Part shown: piece after piece, positions 58,263-64,000 of the stretch | Position numbering within the stretch: position 1 is the first letter of the stretch | Layout: every line of letters begins with the position of its first letter | Assembly: GCA_964016885.1 (NCBI GenBank) | Contig: OZ024741.1 | Span: 307,706,001-307,770,000, forward strand | Direction: 5' to 3' | From: Eledone cirrhosa | Taxonomy: Eukaryota | Length of the DNA stretch: 64,000 nt | Translations under genes and position numbers: made by a program | The notes under the pieces: generated by a model | What the model was told of the DNA's origin: nothing | The model's database searches: none | Seen by the model: the letters and a program-made list of their open reading frames with translations, nothing else

Positions 58263-59446
58263 TATCTATAATATACTATGCCTGAATAATAAAAAGAAAA
58301 GAATCAAAAGGTCGTGTCTGGAACATTTTTTATCATAAGTCTGTTCGATCAAGACTGATGTGGGTCTAACCAAAAAATAAGAACAGTAACTTCTTTCAGC
58401 ATCATTATACTACCACCAATAACTCTAACACAATTGCCTTACCACAACGACAAACATCAACTTCAACAACACCACCACTAATCACCCTCGGCCCATTACC
58501 ACCAACACCACCATTACTATAACCGTTATAACCACTACACTCACCACCATTATCACCACAACCTTAATCACTATTACCACCAATATCACCATCACTCCTC
58601 CCCCCTCCCACTACCATCATCACCACCAACACCACTACCATCACCACCACTACCAACATAAACACCACCACCACTACCACTATTAACAAATGTATCAATA
58701 ACAACACCAAGATCAGTATTAAGATATGTGGTGGTGGTGGTGGTGGGTGCAGATAGATGGGTGACGGTGGACGGAGATGTGTGATATGTGGTGGGGTGTA
58801 GGATGTGGGTGGTATGTGGTGTGTGGTGGAAGGTGAGTGGTGAGAGATATGTGGTGGGTGGTTGGAGGTGAGTGATATGAAGCTAATGAGCCGTGAAATC
58901 TGAGAAGGAGCTATAGCTTGATTAGACGGTAGTGTTGTGGGTGGTGGTGGTGGTGGTGTTGTGGTGGTGGTGTGTGCTGTTGTGATGTAGTGTGGTGGTG
59001 GGGGAGTGTGATGGTAGTGAGGAGTGGCAGGGTGGTAAAGACGAATCAATATATTAGGCTGTCTTTGATGGCTTCTGGCTTTACTGGTTGTAAGGTGGTG
59101 GTGGTGGTGTTGGTGGTGGTATTGGGTGACGGCATTGGTGGTAATGGTGGTGGGTAGGGTGGGGTTAATGATGGCGGTAATGATGGGTGTTGTTTAGCCC
59201 CAGGTCAAAAGCAGATCTATGATCAAAGGCATTCTCACCGTGACCACACCGTCTTTTTGCATATCTAAGATTATATACACCAATGTGTTCTTCCGATATG
59301 ATGTGGTTTGAGGAAGATGTTGCTGCCATTTCTAACATAGATCCTTCTTTTTTGGTTCGATATCCCTTGGTGGTTCATCCTACTTTCTACTGTCAATAGA
59401 TTATTCAGAAGTTCCCACACTGTTCCAAAATTGCTGTATTTGTTAC

Positions 59447-60185
59447 TGTTGTTGTTATTGGTGGTGGTTGTCGTGTTAGTGGTGGCAGTAGTGTTGTAAT
59501 TAATGGTATTGTTGTTGTTGTCATTGGTGGTGGTTGTAGTGTTAGTGGTGGCAGTAGTGTTGTAATTAATGGTATTGTTGTTATTGTCATTGGTGGTGGT
59601 TGTCGTGTTAGTGGTGGCAGTAGTGTTGTAATTAATGGTATTGTTGTTGTTGTCATTGGTGGTGGTTGTCGTGTTAGTGGTGGCAGTAGTGTTGTAATTA
59701 ATGGTATTGTTGTTGTTGTCATTGGTGGTGGTTGTCGTGTTAGTGGTGGCAGTAGTGTTGTAATTAATGGTATTGTTGTTGTTGTCATTGGTGGTGGTTG
59801 TAGTGTTAGTGGTGGCAGTAGTGTTGTAATTAATGGTATTGTTGTTATTGTCATTGGTGGTGGTTGTCGTGTTAGTGGTGGCAGTAGTGTTGTAATTAAT
59901 GGTATTGTTGTTGTTGTCATTGGTGGTGGTTGTCGTGTTAGTGGTGGCAGTAGTGTTGTAATTAATGGTATTGTTGTTGTTGTCATTGGTGGTGGTTGTA
60001 GTGTTAGTGGTGGCAGTAGTGTTGTAATTAATGGTATTGTTGTTATTGTCATTGGTGGTGGTTGTCGTGTTAGTGGTGGCAGTAGTGTTGTAATTAATGG
60101 TATTGTTGTTGTTGTCATTGGTGGTGGTTGTCGTGTTAGTGGTGGCAGTAGTGTTGTAATTAATGGTATTGTTGTTATTGTTGTT
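59447..60185. repeat. 60-bp minisatellite, about 12 near-identical copies
   Basis: Unit tcattggtggtggttgtcgtgttagtggtggcagtagtgttgtaattaatggtattgttgttgttg; variant positions recur every third or fourth unit. Confidence 0.95.
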
Positions 60186-61293
60186 GGTGGTGGTGGTGGT
60201 AGTTGTTATGTTAATAGTAGTGGCATTGGTAGTAACAGTCAATGACCGCGGCGGTAGTGTTCTTCGTTGCTGTGGTATGGTGATGTCCTACGTCATCATC
60301 GTAGTCATCGTCATCGTCGTCGAGGTCCGGTATCGGTGGCGGTGGTGGCGGCGGCTGTGATGGAAGTGGTGGCAGTGGTTGTGGTAGTGATGAATACGGT
60401 AGAAGTGATGATCGTTGACTTGATCAGAGCATGAAGATTATGTGTGGTGTAGAACAGAATTGCTAGGTTATAACCCAACTGTGAAGATAAACAAGGTGTA
60501 AATAAAAGCCTCCTCCTATCTAAACATAGTATAATATGGCTTTGATATTTTACTTCATAGGAAGAGCTACAGATCCTCATCAACAGTGTTATCCATACTG
60601 GAACAAGTAGAATCTACAGCATAGACTTTATGTAATATTTAAATCCTTTAAATATTTCAGGAAACGGATTGTCCTTACGGCATTTGTTTGCGAACACTAA
60701 AAATAGCATCAAGGAGGAGTTTAGGCTTCATTTTATTTCTGTTTTTGTTTTTGTTTCTGATGATACAAGCGAGAATACTCTCTCGATTACAACATTACTA
60801 ATTGGTGTTATTAAACAGGTATGGACAAATATGGTCGAATCCTTGAATGTTCGATGTTAAAGTACACCAATTCAAAATTTTCCATGTCTGAAGGAAGTTT
60901 ATCTTTTTTAAATAGAATTTTTTTTCCAGTCATCAAAGCATATTTTCCTGTGAGGTCCTTCAATAATGCTCACATTTTCCTCGTAACATTTTAAAATGGT
61001 AGTTCTAAAAAGACAAGATTTGAAACGTGATTTATATCTGTTGTGGAACTTCATTTCGCTATATAATTTCAGGTGTTTGCTGTTCTGTAGATCAAACAAC
61101 TGGAACATTCATCGTTGAAACCAGCTTAGGTTGATTCCATCAAAATATCAAATATTACTTTTCCATATATGAGCCAGTGCGTTTTCCAAAGCGTACAGAA
61201 GTTCGTGTTGGTTTAAGCTCGATAACAAAACTTGAAATAACTTCCTGTAATTTTAAAACCTTGGGGAATTCAAAGGAGATGAAGATGAAATAC

Positions 61294-61550
61294 TATCATC
61301 ATCATGGCCCCGTAACCGTTTTCTGGGTCGATGGGACACTGTAGTGTCCAACTCTGCACCAACTACCTCCATCCCCAGCGGTCATGGGAAAATGTTTGGG
61401 TTGTGGCAAAGTTCTTTCTCGTCCACTCAGCTATGTTGTCTGTCTGCTCTGCCTTCTTTTTCCCCGCATTGTTCTACAAATAAAGATTAAAACAGTGGAG
61501 ATGAGATGCTATAGAAGAATCCTGAGAATATCCAAAACAGAACACCATCT
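61294..61550 (-). mobile_element. RTE-clade LINE 3' fragment with 5' inversion
   Basis: Minus: GKRRQSRQTDNIAEWT..DRWGWR with an (ATG)n tail. Plus 61475-61550: KIKTVEMRCYRRILRISKTEH. Confidence 0.7.
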
Positions 61551-61858
61551 TCACACATCGTTTTACACATGGCCTTACAGAATAATCTGCATTTTACCTA
61601 CTACACGTTTTAAACATGGGATTTAGCCACGATTACTTAATTTGAGCACTATTTTATCCACAGGGGTTTATCCACGGATATTACCCACGAGTTTATGCAA
61701 GGATTTGATCACGATTACCTATTTTGGTTACCCATTATACCAAAAGACTTACCCATCATTCAACCAACGTTTTACACCCTCCATTTTATCCACAATTAAC
61801 GTCGATATTACCCCAAATTCATTATTTGACAGAAATTTACTCCTCATTTTAATACCTT

Positions 61859-61943
<85 letters not shown>

Positions 61944-62509
61944 TGTGTGTATGTATATATGCTTGTGTCTGTGTGTGAGTGTGTGTGTATAAATATATAA
62001 AGTACATGTGTTTGGTGTGGATGATAGCTCGTGGTACTGCATTTGTGAAGCCAATTTGCGCAACAGATCGAATGATCGATCTGTTGGTGGGATGCATCTG
62101 AGACAATAGCAAAGCCTCCTCCCTCCAAAATAAAATGTTCATATATGTGTGCAACACGTGACGCCAGAAGCAACGAAAATGTGACCTTTATCGGTGAGAT
62201 GTAGCGCGAAGAAAATGCATGACCGGCACATACCAATGGTAGGGCGAGGCAGGCAGGTGAGAGATAGAGGGAGAATTAAGGAAAAATTTGGGGAGAAAGG
62301 ATATATATTTATATACAAACACATATGTTCAAAAACGCGTAAGATGCGGTTTTTTTCTTTACTGTTAAATTATGTTTTTCTTGCAGTTGTTGCTTATTAG
62401 CAGTTAGACCTGACAGGCCAGACTTGAGATCAAAAGCATTCCAGCAATAAGCGGCTCGTTTCTTTAGCTTTCAGGTATCATGTTTCTAATACTGTAACAA
62501 AGGCAACAA

Positions 62510-62655
62510 ATTGGTAGAGTCGTTAGAATGTCAGATAGAAGACTTTGTAGTATTCGTTTTGACTCTCCGCGAATCTGTGATCAAAACCGCCGAGTTTTAC
62601 TTTGCCTTGCATCATTTCCAGGTCGATAAAAAAAAGTACCAGTCCGGTACCAAGG
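62510..62655 (+). mobile_element. Nin-domain SINE, diverged
   Basis: ccgccgagttttactttgccttgcatcatttccaggtcgataaaaaaaagtaccagt. Confidence 0.65.
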
Positions 62656-63294
62656 TTAATATTTTCTCACTTCCACTCTCTCACGATCCCTCCGCTGAGA
62701 TCAGATCTGGAGAGCAATAAGCTCCACCAGGTTTAAATTTCACAAATATGTAACAACGGTACCCCTACGACTACATTAAGTGCCACGGATCTATGCCTGC
62801 AATACTGTACTATCCAATGCCGAAGTAGCAGATAACTTCTGATTTCAAAATATGGTGTTCTATCATCTTTTTTTTTTTCCTTGGTTCAAGTGTAGAGCGG
62901 TGATTTAGAGCATAAGATTTACTAATGTCGATTGGAAGGTAGAAACGTAATGTGTATGTAAGGAGAATTTGAGTATGCTGAAGTTATATTATATATTAAT
63001 TTGTATGAGGACATTTCAGTTGTGAACTGCTGCTGCTGTGGTTGGCATGTTATAGGCGGTGTTGATGTTGATATTGGCGGTGTTAAGAGTATTGATGTTG
63101 AAGACATACAACTCATGCATATACACACTTATATATATATATATATATAGACATACATCCATGAATGTATATGTATGTATGTGTGTACAGAAATACACAT
63201 AAACTCAGGCACTCATAATTATATGTGTATATATAAATATATATACATATATACATATATATACATATATATATATACATATATATGTACATAT

Positions 63295-63509
<215 letters not shown>

Positions 63510-63540
63510 TGAGTGCCTGGGTGTATGTGTATTTATGTAA

Positions 63541-63573
<33 letters not shown>

Positions 63574-63944
63574 TATACATATATTTGTGTGTGTATGTGT
63601 GCGTATATGTGTGTGTGTGTGTGTGTGTTTGTGCTTTTGTGTGTGTATGTGTGGACATGGTTCATGTGAGTTGATGAATGTGTATTAAGATTAAAGTGCT
63701 TTAAATCCGCTGAGAATCTTTATTATACCACGGACCACGTGGAGCACGTTTATACATTTAATAATGTAGAATCCTACACACAGCAAGTATACAAGCTCAC
63801 ACAGACATACCTCTATATACATAAATAAGTATATACACATATATACTGACACACATACATGTGCATGTGTGTGTGTTTCTCTGCTTGCGTGCTTGCGTGA
63901 CTGTGTATATATTTTCTTCATGTTTACACACACTCACACATACA

Positions 63945-63983
<39 letters not shown>

Positions 63984-64000
63984 ACACACACACACACACA

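Noticed and set aside
59447-60185. CRISPR-like array
   Set aside because: Contiguous tandem units with no unique spacers; eukaryotic context; no cas genes.
60830-61260. Possible decayed transposase or exon on the minus strand
   Set aside because: Only short open stretches and no motif I can recognise.

Overview
AT-rich, microsatellite-saturated eukaryotic non-coding DNA. The dominant tRNA-derived SINE (Nin/Deu-type domain) and the overall repeat landscape are most consistent with an octopus (cephalopod) genome; this is inference, not a database result. No host protein-coding exon can be supported, and nearly all ORFs in the track are translations of simple repeats. Supported content: (1) two head-to-tail R4/Dong-clade RLE LINEs sitting in (TAA)n, one with an uninterrupted ~810-codon RT-CCHC-RLE frame; (2) several RTE-clade LINE relics, three with twin-priming-type 5' inversions; (3) two Helitrons, a mariner relic, a pogo/Tigger-like MITE and a hAT MITE; (4) many SINEs; (5) two homologous gag/ORF1-like relics. 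The most striking signal is a dense set of about 17 full-length type I hammerhead-ribozyme motifs, plus several 3' half motifs, from several families. They lie in short non-coding elements, mostly inserted in (TA)n and often arranged as inverted repeats, resembling Penelope pLTRs or retrozymes. One unit runs exactly from one predicted cleavage site to the next (35449-35876), and a CCGANGA core variant recurs four times. All folds were read by eye; coordinates are approximate to a few bases.
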